DNA of 64,000 nt, taken from positions 4,689-68,688 of the forward strand of contig CAZUCF010000004.1 in assembly GCA_964619405.1 (NCBI GenBank), given 5' to 3'. Each line of letters begins with the position of its first letter. The stretch's first letter is position 1. Shown here piece after piece: positions 46,876-55,354 of this stretch. The stretch comes from an uncultured archaeon (GTDB taxonomy: Archaea; Iainarchaeota; Iainarchaeia; Iainarchaeales; JAAZKV01). The notes under the pieces were generated by a model. It was not told where the DNA came from, searched no databases, and saw only the letters and a program-made list of their open reading frames with translations. The translations under genes and the position numbers were made by a program.

Positions 46876-47883
46876 ATGGTTAAAAAGAAAGCAATTATAA
46901 CAGGGGTTACAGGGCAAGATGGTTCTTATTTAGCTGAATTGCTTCTTGAAAAAGGTTATGAAGTTCATGCTATTGTAAGAAGATCCAGTGTTTTTAACAC
47001 ATCTAGAATTGATCATCTTCATAATTATTTGAATGAAAAAGACTTTGTTACACATTATGGTGATTTGAGTGATTCAGCTTCTCTTGGAAAAATTGTGCGA
47101 GAAATACAACCAGATGAATTCTATAATTTAGGTGCACAATCCCATGTAAGAATAAGTTTTGATGTTCCAGAATATACTTTGGATACTGATGCAGTTGGAG
47201 TTGCGAGATGTCTTGAAGCAATAAAAGCTTATTCACCGCACACAAAATTTTATCAAGCATCAAGTAGTGAAATGTTTGGAAAAGTTTCTGAAATACCTCA
47301 AAAAGAAACAACTTCTTTTTATCCAAGAAGCCCATATGGTTGTGCAAAAGTTTGCGCTTATTGGCTTACACGAAATTATCGCGAAGCATATGGAATTCAC
47401 GCTTCTAACGGAATACTATTTAATCATGAGTCTCCGCGAAGAGGAGAAAATTTTGTTACAAGAAAAATAACTTTGTCTTTAGCAAGAATGAAATTTGGTT
47501 TACAAAAAGAATTATGTTTGGGAAATTTAGATGCTAAGAGAGATTGGGGTTATGCAAAAGAATATGTTGAAGCAATGTGGTTAATGCTACAACAGAAAGA
47601 ACCGGGTGATTATGTAATATCAACAGGAGAAACACACTCGGTTCAAGAATTTCTTGATGTTGCAGCGGATTATATTGGCATTGATTTGAAAGGGAAAATA
47701 AAAGTTGACCAAAAATATATGCGACCAACAGAAGTAGATTTATTACTTGGTGATTCAACAAAAGCAAGAACGAAACTAGGTTGGGAACCAAAAACAACTT
47801 TTAAAGAATTAGTAAAAATAATGGTTGATAGTGATGTTAACTTAGTTGAAAAAGAAGTTTATGGTATAAATGGAAAAAAATAA
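46876..47883 (+). CDS. gmd: GDP-mannose 4,6-dehydratase (copy 2)
   Basis: Carries the same signature set as copy 1. By eye, roughly two-thirds to three-quarters of residues are identical to 36465..37463. Confidence 0.9.
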   Translation: MVKKKAIITGVTGQDGSYLAELLLEKGYEVHAIVRRSSVFNTSRIDHLHNYLNEKDFVTHYGDLSDSASLGKIVREIQPDEFYNLGAQSHVRISFDVPEYTLDTDAVGVARCLEAIKAYSPHTKFYQASSSEMFGKVSEIPQKETTSFYPRSPYGCAKVCAYWLTRNYREAYGIHASNGILFNHESPRRGENFVTRKITLSLARMKFGLQKELCLGNLDAKRDWGYAKEYVEAMWLMLQQKEPGDYVISTGETHSVQEFLDVAADYIGIDLKGKIKVDQKYMRPTEVDLLLGDSTKARTKLGWEPKTTFKELVKIMVDSDVNLVEKEVYGINGKK

Positions 47884-47891
47884 TTAATTCT

Positions 47892-48698
47892 TTATATTTT
47901 AAAAAATATATTTTTGTGCTTTTTATTACTTGCTGAAAAATATAAATTGTGTCTGTCATTATAAAAAGTCTCATAAATAATAACTTTTTTAAAAAATAAT
48001 TTTAACATTTTTTCAATTTCATTTCTATTTTTACAATCAACACCAATTATTACATTACCCGAAAAAATACCATTTTTATTCAAAGCAATTTTTATTTTTT
48101 TGAATAATTCTTTTGTTTCATTATTATTGAAATGTTGTAGTACTGCATCCATAATTATATTATCAAATTTTCCTTTTGGGAGTTCTTTTTTCAAATCCAT
48201 TATATAATATTCTATGTTTTTATGATTATTTTTTGATTTAGCTTTTGCAATTGCATTTTTGTCTATGTCTATACCTATTATCTTTTTTGCATTGAATGAG
48301 TAAAAATTTCGTGTATTAAAACCATCACCGCAAGCCAAATCTAAAACTAGACTATTTTTTTTTATTAATAGATTGTTAAATATGCCTCTTTCAAGCCACA
48401 TAGGATTTCTATTATTTATCCATGTATAGCATAGGTTGTTGTATCTATCAATGAATTTGGGTTCGGGGGGGCACCATTCAACAAAATATTTTAGTTTATG
48501 GCAGAAAAAGTTTATTTTAAAAGTACTTACTGAAAAGAACTCTATTATGGGCAAAATCCAAAAACGGTTTATTGATACTACTTTTTTAATATTTTTTTTT
48601 ATCATATTATCACGCGATAGACCATAACTAATTAATGTTTCTTTGTTTTTTAAATTAACTATTGAATAAAAGCAATTTTCATATAAGTTTTTTATCAA
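47892..48698 (-). CDS. Class I SAM-dependent methyltransferase
   Basis: LVLDLACGDGFNT (motif I), IIGIDIDKNAI, IIMDAVLQHF. Confidence 0.6.
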   Translation of the reverse strand: MIKNLYENCFYSIVNLKNKETLISYGLSRDNMIKKNIKKVVSINRFWILPIIEFFSVSTFKINFFCHKLKYFVEWCPPEPKFIDRYNNLCYTWINNRNPMWLERGIFNNLLIKKNSLVLDLACGDGFNTRNFYSFNAKKIIGIDIDKNAIAKAKSKNNHKNIEYYIMDLKKELPKGKFDNIIMDAVLQHFNNNETKELFKKIKIALNKNGIFSGNVIIGVDCKNRNEIEKMLKLFFKKVIIYETFYNDRHNLYFSASNKKHKNIFFKI

Positions 48699-48732
48699 AA
48701 CCTTTTTATTTTGAATTAAGACGGTTTAATAT

Positions 48733-49647
48733 ATGTCTGAAGCTTTTGCGCCAATTGTACTTTTTGTTTATTCTAGATTAGATCACACAAAAAAAACAGT
48801 TGAAGCATTAAACAAAAATTCTTTGGCTAAAAAAACAAATCTTTTTATTTTTTCTGATGGTCCAAAAAGACAGTCTGATAAAAAAGATGTTGAAAAAGTT
48901 AGAAATTATTTAAAAAAAATCAATGGTTTTAAATCAGTTAAGATTTTTGAAAGCAAAAAAAATAAGGGGTTAGCCAATTCAATAATTTTTGGAGTAACAA
49001 AAATAGTTAATAAATATGGCAAAGTAATTGTTGTTGAAGATGATATTTTAACATCAAAATATTTTTTAGAATTTATGAATAATTCTTTAAATTTTTATAA
49101 AAATAATTCAAAAGTAATTAGTGTTTCAGGTTACGTTTACCCAATAAAAAATCTCCCAGAAAACTTTTTTCTTAAAAAGACTGAGTGTTGGGGTTGGGCT
49201 ACTTGGAAAAGAGGTTGGGATTTATTTGAAAAAGATGGTTCAAAATTATTAAAACAAATTGAAGAAAAAAATTTACTTAAAGAATTTGATTTTGAAAATT
49301 CTTATGATTATTCTAAAATGTTAAAAGATCAAATTGCTGGTAAAAATAGTTCTTGGGCTATAAGATGGTATGCATCTGCTTTTTTAAATAATAAATTAAC
49401 TTTTTATTCTGGAAAGACATTGACACAAAATATTGGTGTTGATGGTACTGGTACGCATGGTGGGCGAGTAAATGTTTATAATTCAAAATTGTCTGATAAA
49501 TCAATTAAAATAGTTGATATTCCTATTCAAGAAGATTTAATTGTTAGAAAAAAATTTACAAATTATTTTAAAAAGATTCATTTTAGAATTTTTAAAGTTT
49601 ATATTCTTATAAAATCTTCAATTTGTGGATTAATTGGTTTTCAATAG
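48733..49647 (+). CDS. GT-A fold glycosyltransferase (GT2/GNT-I-like)
   Basis: APIVLFVYSRLDHTKKTVEAL, FIFSDGP, VIVVEDDIL (acidic DxD-equivalent). Confidence 0.5.
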   Translation: MSEAFAPIVLFVYSRLDHTKKTVEALNKNSLAKKTNLFIFSDGPKRQSDKKDVEKVRNYLKKINGFKSVKIFESKKNKGLANSIIFGVTKIVNKYGKVIVVEDDILTSKYFLEFMNNSLNFYKNNSKVISVSGYVYPIKNLPENFFLKKTECWGWATWKRGWDLFEKDGSKLLKQIEEKNLLKEFDFENSYDYSKMLKDQIAGKNSSWAIRWYASAFLNNKLTFYSGKTLTQNIGVDGTGTHGGRVNVYNSKLSDKSIKIVDIPIQEDLIVRKKFTNYFKKIHFRIFKVYILIKSSICGLIGFQ

Positions 49648-49715
49648 TTTTAAATAGTAATTAAAATTTATTCTTGTAGGAGATTATTGAATTAAGGTTA
49701 TGATTTTTTTTAATA

Positions 49716-50897
49716 TTGTGTTATGGTGGTATAATGAAGATTGGTATTTTTTTAAATGATTCAAATATCCCGATTTCTGGTGGAGCTTTTACCCAAAGAG
49801 AAGCTATTATTGAAGCAATAATGAAAAAGAAGTCTAGTCATGAGATATTTTATTTTTTTTATGGGAGAAAGCCAACTGATAAAGTTTCAAAAAATTGTGT
49901 TTATCTAAAAGGAAAAATATTTTCTTGGTTGTGTAAAAAAATTTATTATGTTACTGGGTTTCAATTTTTTAAAAATATTATGCCATTAAACATTTCTCTT
50001 AAAAAAAATAAAATTGATTTATTATATTTTGTTGAACCAAATCCACAACCAGTTGTTGTACCATATATTTCTACTGTTTGGGATATTTTTCATCTTTTTG
50101 CACCATATTTTCCAGAAATAATTAATAATGAAGAATGGGAAAAAAGAGAATTAATGTATCAACGCTCATTAAGAAAATCTAGTTATGTTATAACGAGCAC
50201 ACAAGTTGGTAAAAATGACATATCAAAATATTATTCTGTTCCAAAAGAAAAAATAATGGTTATAAAGTCACCAATTATTGACTTTTTTTATAATTCTCCA
50301 AAAAAAGAAATTGATGTTAGAAAAAAATATTCTATTTCAAAAGATTATTTTTTGTATCCTGCGCAATTGTGGGCCCATAAAAATCATGTCCAAATTATTC
50401 AAGCAATTAGTTACATTAAAAAGTCGAAAAATAAAGAAGTTCATATTGTTTTAGTTGGTTCAGACAAAGGTAATAAAGAATATTTAGAAAAAATGGCAGA
50501 AAAAGAAAGCGTTTCTAACCAAATTCATTTTCTTGGTTTTGTTCCAACTGAAGATTTGTTTTATTTATACAAAAATGCTTTTGGTGCGATTTATTTGTCT
50601 TTTCTTAATGTTGAAGGTTTGCCACCTGCTGAAGCACAAGTAATTGGTTGTCCTGTTATTGTAACGAACAACCCTGCGTTAAGAGAACAACTTGGCAATG
50701 CAGCATTGTTTGTTAATCCACTTGATTGTAAAGAGTTAGCAAGTTTAATGTTAAATTTAATTAATAATAAAAAGTTAAGATTTGATTTAATTAGAAAAGG
50801 AAAAATAATTTCTAAAGAATTCCAAAAAGAAAAATTTGTTGAAAAACTATTTGAAATATTTGATGAATTTGCTGAACTGAGAAAAAGGTGGGATTAA
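49716..50897 (+). CDS. GT4-family (GT-B) glycosyltransferase
   Basis: C-terminal EGLPPAEAQVIGCPVIVTN (EX7E-type motif). MKIGIFLND at 49734 is the more likely start. Confidence 0.7.
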   Translation: MCYGGIMKIGIFLNDSNIPISGGAFTQREAIIEAIMKKKSSHEIFYFFYGRKPTDKVSKNCVYLKGKIFSWLCKKIYYVTGFQFFKNIMPLNISLKKNKIDLLYFVEPNPQPVVVPYISTVWDIFHLFAPYFPEIINNEEWEKRELMYQRSLRKSSYVITSTQVGKNDISKYYSVPKEKIMVIKSPIIDFFYNSPKKEIDVRKKYSISKDYFLYPAQLWAHKNHVQIIQAISYIKKSKNKEVHIVLVGSDKGNKEYLEKMAEKESVSNQIHFLGFVPTEDLFYLYKNAFGAIYLSFLNVEGLPPAEAQVIGCPVIVTNNPALREQLGNAALFVNPLDCKELASLMLNLINNKKLRFDLIRKGKIISKEFQKEKFVEKLFEIFDEFAELRKRWD

Positions 50898-50898
50898 A

Positions 50899-51663
50899 AT
50901 TATAAAAAATCCAAAAATCTCAATTATCACTGTTTGTTTTAATGCTGAAAAAACAGTTGAAAATACAATAAAATCTGTTCTTTCTCAAAGTTACAAGAAT
51001 ATTGAATATATTATTGTTGATGGCCTTTCAAGTGATAATACTTTGGAGATTGTTGGGAAGTATAAGTATAGAATAGCAAGAATTGTTTCGGAAAAAGATA
51101 AAGGGTTATATGATGCAATGAATAAGGGAGTAAAACTAGCTAAAGGTGAAATAATTTATTTTTTGAATGCAGATGATGTGCTAGTTGACAAACATATTAT
51201 TAGAGAAGTAATGGAAGAATTTGAAAAGGATAACAAATTAGATTTGATTTTTGGTGATGTTGAATTTTTTTATCCAAAAGAAAATAAAACAATAAGAATT
51301 TCAAGAAATTTTTCAAAAAAAGATTTGCAAAATGGTTTTATGATTCCTCACCAAGGTTCTTTTGTAAAAAAGAAATGGTTACAAAAACACCCTTTTAATT
51401 TGAAATACAAGTCTAGCGCAGATTTTGACTTTTTTTGTAATATTTCAAAAGAAAACATTAAAGTAAAAAAATTAAACAAAATAATTGCAAAAATGGTTGT
51501 GGGTGGAGTAAGTTCTGGAAGCATTTCTTACAAAGAAACAGAAGAAGTAATAAGAAAACACTTTGGAGAATTCTATTATTACAAAATAAAAGCAAAGCAC
51601 TTTATTTATAGTATAATAAAAAAGATTCTAAAAATAATAAAAATAAATTATCACAAAGGATGA
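50899..51663 (+). CDS. GT2-family glycosyltransferase lacking a canonical start codon
   Basis: The frame is open from 50881. It reads KISIITVCFNAEKTVENTIKSVLSQSYKNIEYIIVDGLSSDNT, then DKGLYDAMNKG and FLNADD. There is no ATG/GTG/TTG before TTG 51043, which lies inside the conserved domain. GGTGG Shine-Dalgarno at 50887-50891 is followed by ATT (50893, 50899) and ATA (50902). Confidence 0.6.
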   Translation: MIKNPKISIITVCFNAEKTVENTIKSVLSQSYKNIEYIIVDGLSSDNTLEIVGKYKYRIARIVSEKDKGLYDAMNKGVKLAKGEIIYFLNADDVLVDKHIIREVMEEFEKDNKLDLIFGDVEFFYPKENKTIRISRNFSKKDLQNGFMIPHQGSFVKKKWLQKHPFNLKYKSSADFDFFCNISKENIKVKKLNKIIAKMVVGGVSSGSISYKETEEVIRKHFGEFYYYKIKAKHFIYSIIKKILKIIKINYHKG

Positions 51664-51740
51664 AAAAAACAGTGTTTTTATAGTTTTATTTTTTTTGTTG
51701 GGTAGTTTTAAGTTTTAATTATTTTTTTTAAGTAATTTTA

Positions 51741-52196
51741 TTATTTAATTATTTTATCAATTTCTTTAACCAATTTATTTTTCTTATTAATTTTAACTGG
51801 CCTTAAATCTTTTAATAATTTTAATAGTTCTTTTTCATTTGTAGTCCATTTTACATTATATTTTTTTTCAAATGCTTCACAAATTTCTGTTTGGTGATCA
51901 TCAACTGCTTCACCAAACTTTTTTAACCTTGGAAACAAAATAAATTTTTTCTCCAAAGAAATTAAATCAATTATGCTTCCTACTCCAGCATGACTAATAA
52001 TCACATCAGACCAAACAATTTTTTTGTTGATTTCATGAGAACTAAGTATTTTTGAATAATTAATGTTTTTTGGTTTTAATGAACTATCGCCAATTTGAGC
52101 AAAAACTTCAAAACCTTTGAGAGAATCTATTGCTTTAATTAGTCTATCAAATGGGTAAGTTGAACCAACCATTACAAAAATCTTTTTTTTATTCAT
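51741..52196 (-). CDS. Alg13/PssE/Cps14G-like glycosyltransferase C-terminal (catalytic) subunit
   Basis: IFVMVGSTYPFDRLI and SHAGVGSI match the Glyco_tran_28_C pattern. Confidence 0.65.
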   Translation of the reverse strand: MNKKKIFVMVGSTYPFDRLIKAIDSLKGFEVFAQIGDSSLKPKNINYSKILSSHEINKKIVWSDVIISHAGVGSIIDLISLEKKFILFPRLKKFGEAVDDHQTEICEAFEKKYNVKWTTNEKELLKLLKDLRPVKINKKNKLVKEIDKIIK

Positions 52197-52198
52197 GT

Positions 52199-52642
52199 TT
52201 AATCAATTATTGAACCAATATATTTTGCTTTTGGAAAAAACTCAAGTCCTTCTTTCCATTGTACAAAAAAATAATCGCATTTTCCATAAATAAGTTTTCC
52301 ACATAAAGAAGGAGAATTTATTCTAGCCAAAGATTCAATATAAATTGTTTTTATTCCAAGATAATGTCCTATTAATAGAGCAGGATAACCTATCTCCGCA
52401 CCAGTACTTATTATTACGCTAGGCCTCTCCTTAATAATTATGTAGAAGCTTTGTAGGAAACTAATAATGAATCTAAAATGATTTCTTCTTGTTGGTAAAA
52501 TAAAATATTTTTTTGCTTTCAAATCTAATGCATTTATTCTTTTGTCTGTTATGAAAAAATGTTCTTTTCCTTTCCAAACTTTCTCTAGTTGTAAAGCTTC
52601 AGTTAAGTGCCCTCCAGCAGAACAAGCAATGCATATTTTCAT
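52199..52642 (-). CDS. Alg14/PssD/Cps14F-like subunit
   Basis: MKICIACSAGGHLTEALQL and STGAEIGYPALL. Lies 2 nt upstream of the Alg13-like gene. Confidence 0.65.
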   Translation of the reverse strand: MKICIACSAGGHLTEALQLEKVWKGKEHFFITDKRINALDLKAKKYFILPTRRNHFRFIISFLQSFYIIIKERPSVIISTGAEIGYPALLIGHYLGIKTIYIESLARINSPSLCGKLIYGKCDYFFVQWKEGLEFFPKAKYIGSIID

Positions 52643-52663
52643 ATTAATAAGATGTTTTTAGTG

Positions 52664-52684
52664 GTTTTTAATTTATTGGTTTAA
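52664..52684 (-). promoter_or_regulatory. Promoter cassette copy 1 (identical 21-mer, 21 nt upstream of the Alg14-like ATG)
   Basis: The - strand reads TTAAACCAATAAATTAAAAAC, containing the TATA-like AATAAATTAAAAA. An identical copy lies at 55002-55022 with identical spacing to the GT10 ATG. Confidence 0.45.
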
Positions 52685-52818
52685 AACTAATATTTTGTTA
52701 GTTTGAAAATAAAGTGTGTATTACTATTGCATAATATTGTGCATTACTAATACATGCATAAAAAAGTAGAATCAACCAAACATATACTTTTTTATATGTT
52801 TCGTTAATTATACTATTT

Positions 52819-53454
52819 ATGAATATTCCTTTACAAAAGTTGTTAAAAAAGCAATCCCAAGTTGAACTTGCTTTTTTACAAGATGAAGCACTTGAAATAG
52901 TACATTCTTTGGATGAAAATGCTGTGTTTCACGGTGGCACTTGTATTTGGCGTTGTTATAATGGAAAAAGGTTTTCTGAGGATCTTGATTTTTATTCTTC
53001 AAAAAAATTTGAAGAAAAGGATTTTTTTATTGAAGTAAAAAAAAGAGGATTGTTTTTAACAAAATTCAGAAAAACGGATAATAGTGTTTATTCTAAAATA
53101 AGTTCTAATAGAGTAGAATGCTCTATTGAATTTGCTTTACGAAAAAAGAAAGGCATGTTACTTGATTATATTAGGGCTGATGGAAATATTAATGGTGTTT
53201 TTGGTTTATCAAAAGAGGACTTAATTATTGAAAAAGCAAATGCTTTTTCTAATAGAAAATTAGTTAGGGATATATATGATGTTTATTTTTTAACGGCAAA
53301 TTGTGATATTAAAAAAATTTCTTTTGATTTAAAAAAAATAATTGAAAATTGGTCTGAACCCGTTGATGAGAAAAATCTAAAAGCATTAATTTATTTGGGG
53401 GTAACTCCAAATTATAATCAAATGTTGCAAACCATAAAGAGGCGTCTTTTATGA
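52819..53454 (+). CDS. AbiEii/AbiGii-family nucleotidyltransferase toxin
   Basis: FHGGTCIWRCYNGKRFSEDLDFY matches the GGTaL...R.S.DiDf pattern. TATA-like TTTTTATATG lies about 27 nt upstream. Confidence 0.65.
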   Translation: MNIPLQKLLKKQSQVELAFLQDEALEIVHSLDENAVFHGGTCIWRCYNGKRFSEDLDFYSSKKFEEKDFFIEVKKRGLFLTKFRKTDNSVYSKISSNRVECSIEFALRKKKGMLLDYIRADGNINGVFGLSKEDLIIEKANAFSNRKLVRDIYDVYFLTANCDIKKISFDLKKIIENWSEPVDEKNLKALIYLGVTPNYNQMLQTIKRRLL

Positions 53455-54029
53455 AGTATGTTAAAGATTTTTTTGAAAAGTTTTCTAAAAAAGCCTTTTT
53501 TTCAACAAGGGATGTCAAATTATTTTTAACAAACAAGGGCGCAACTAAATCATATGTGAGTGTTTTTTTAAATAATCTTGTTAAACAAAATAGGGTATTT
53601 AGAATTTCGCATGGTTTTTATTCTTTTGAAAAGAAAATTGATGCTGTTGAGAAAAACTTTTTCCCAGCATACCATGGTTTACAAGATGCATTAACAATTC
53701 ATAATTTGTGGACACAACAATCAAATATTATATTAATAACTCCAAAAAAATTTCGTTCTGGTGAAAGAATTGTTTCTGAAAATAAATTAATTTTAAAAAG
53801 AATTAATAGAAAAATGTTTTTTGGTTTTGAATCAATTAAAATAATTGATTCGTGGATACTCGTTTCTGATATTGAAAAAACATTAATTGATTTTGTTTAT
53901 TTTAATGAACCAATTGATAAAGAAACACTTCAAAATCTAAAAAAAAGAATCGATAAGAAAAAGTTAAAGAAATATTTAGAATTAGTTAATAAGAAACACG
54001 TAGTAAAAATACTTGCATTAATCAAATAA
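53451..54029 (+). CDS. AbiEi-family antitoxin/transcriptional regulator
   Basis: FSTRDVKLFLTNKGATKSYVSVFLNNLVKQNRVFRISHGFYSF resembles the AbiEi N-terminal wHTH. ATGA overlap with the upstream gene. Confidence 0.6.
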   Translation: MKYVKDFFEKFSKKAFFSTRDVKLFLTNKGATKSYVSVFLNNLVKQNRVFRISHGFYSFEKKIDAVEKNFFPAYHGLQDALTIHNLWTQQSNIILITPKKFRSGERIVSENKLILKRINRKMFFGFESIKIIDSWILVSDIEKTLIDFVYFNEPIDKETLQNLKKRIDKKKLKKYLELVNKKHVVKILALIK

Positions 54030-54032
54030 AAT

Positions 54033-54980
54033 TTATTCTAAAATTCTTTCAAATTGCTTTTCTATTCTCTTTAAATTCATCCACTTATTTAATTTATTTC
54101 CTTTTAACCATGGTTCATTTAACATTTTCAAATACTTTTTATTGTTAGTATCAAGGTCAATTACAACATCAACCACTTTTTTCAAATCATTATAATCATG
54201 ATAATTAACAAAACTCTTTGTGTTAAAATCGCGAGAAATCTCTGGGTTACCGAAATAAATGGGAATACTGTTTGCTAGCATTGAGTGATAGATTTTTTCT
54301 GTGGTATAACCTATTCCAAGAGAATTTTCAAATGCTATAGAGAACTTGTATTCCTTTTGATAATTGATTATTGCTTTTCTCCAATTACCTATGTGTCTAG
54401 AAAGAAGAGAAGAAATAGAGTAATTTCTTGTTAATCCTTCTATTTTTTGAATCATTTTAGTTGTTTTCACGAGTTTTGATGAGGGCAATGGCTTACAATT
54501 ATTCATGCTTTTTCCTGGAGCATCAATTCGCTTATATTGTCCTAGCTCATTAAACAAAGCAATCCTTTCAGGAGCGTTTTTTGAGTAAATATAATTACAA
54601 AACTTTGTTTTTGAAGCAAGAATTTTTTTAGGATTATAATTTTTTGGTTTCAACAAGTTTTCTCCAGCACCAAAATAAACATATAATGGTAACCTCAAAT
54701 ATTTTTCATTTTTAATTTTTTCCTCATAATTAAAACCAAATGCATAATCACATTTTTTCATATCAATTCTAACATTTTCTCCTGTCCAAAAAACTTTTGT
54801 TCCACTAAATTCAACAGGTGGAATTTTTCCAATATTTTTCCCATCAACAAAACAAGAAAAGAATAATACTTCAGCTTCTTCCTCAGAAACTATTTTGCAA
54901 TCAAATTTCTTCAAAGTATTTCTAAAAAAATCGTCTTCTTTGTTTTCTCGCGGCCAATACTTAAAACAAATTTTTTTCAT
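54033..54980 (-). CDS. GT10-family alpha-1,3(/4)-fucosyltransferase
   Basis: FWTGENV and FSIAFENSLGIGYTTEKIYHSM match the FxxxFENSxxxxYxTEK motif of GT10. YFGNPEI is also present. Confidence 0.75.
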   Translation of the reverse strand: MKKICFKYWPRENKEDDFFRNTLKKFDCKIVSEEEAEVLFFSCFVDGKNIGKIPPVEFSGTKVFWTGENVRIDMKKCDYAFGFNYEEKIKNEKYLRLPLYVYFGAGENLLKPKNYNPKKILASKTKFCNYIYSKNAPERIALFNELGQYKRIDAPGKSMNNCKPLPSSKLVKTTKMIQKIEGLTRNYSISSLLSRHIGNWRKAIINYQKEYKFSIAFENSLGIGYTTEKIYHSMLANSIPIYFGNPEISRDFNTKSFVNYHDYNDLKKVVDVVIDLDTNNKKYLKMLNEPWLKGNKLNKWMNLKRIEKQFERILE

Positions 54981-55001
54981 AATAATTGAATGTTATTTGA
55001 A

Positions 55002-55022
55002 GTTTTTAATTTATTGGTTTAA
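55002..55022 (-). promoter_or_regulatory. Promoter cassette copy 2 (21 nt upstream of the GT10 ATG)
   Basis: Identical to 52664-52684. Overlaps the stop codon of the MazF-like frame (55011-55013). Confidence 0.45.
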
Positions 55023-55354
55023 TAGTAAATTTATTTCGTTTATTGATTCGTTTAGTATTTTGTTATTTGTTATTCCAATTTGGCTTATAATTATTTTTTT
55101 ACTAATAGGCATTATTTTGTCTATTCTAATATAACTTTTTTGGGCTATTTGTCCTTCTGTAATATCTTCGTGGTCTATTTTTATTGAATATTCATTTTTT
55201 TGTTTTGTTGTTATTGGTGCGACAACAATATCTTCTTTTGTTTTATTATAATAATTATTTGATAGTATTATTGCTGGTCGGACTTTTGTGGCGCTAAAAT
55301 CAGAGTGTGGGCAAGGAAAAAGAATTATTTCTTTTTGTAAGTATTCTTTTTCAT
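55011..55354 (-). pseudogene. MazF/PemK-like toxin paralog requiring a -1 frame change after codon 8
   Basis: Not in the ORF track. The frame is open from 55370 to 55011 and reads ...YLQKEIILFPCPHSDFSATKVRPAIILSNNYYNKTKEDIVVAPITTK...LLLNQ. This is clearly paralogous to 37731..38063. The only suitably placed ATG (55352-55354, with an AGGGT Shine-Dalgarno-like motif upstream) is in the antitoxin frame. That ATG is followed by ATGAAAAAG and CAAAAAG runs. Confidence 0.6.
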
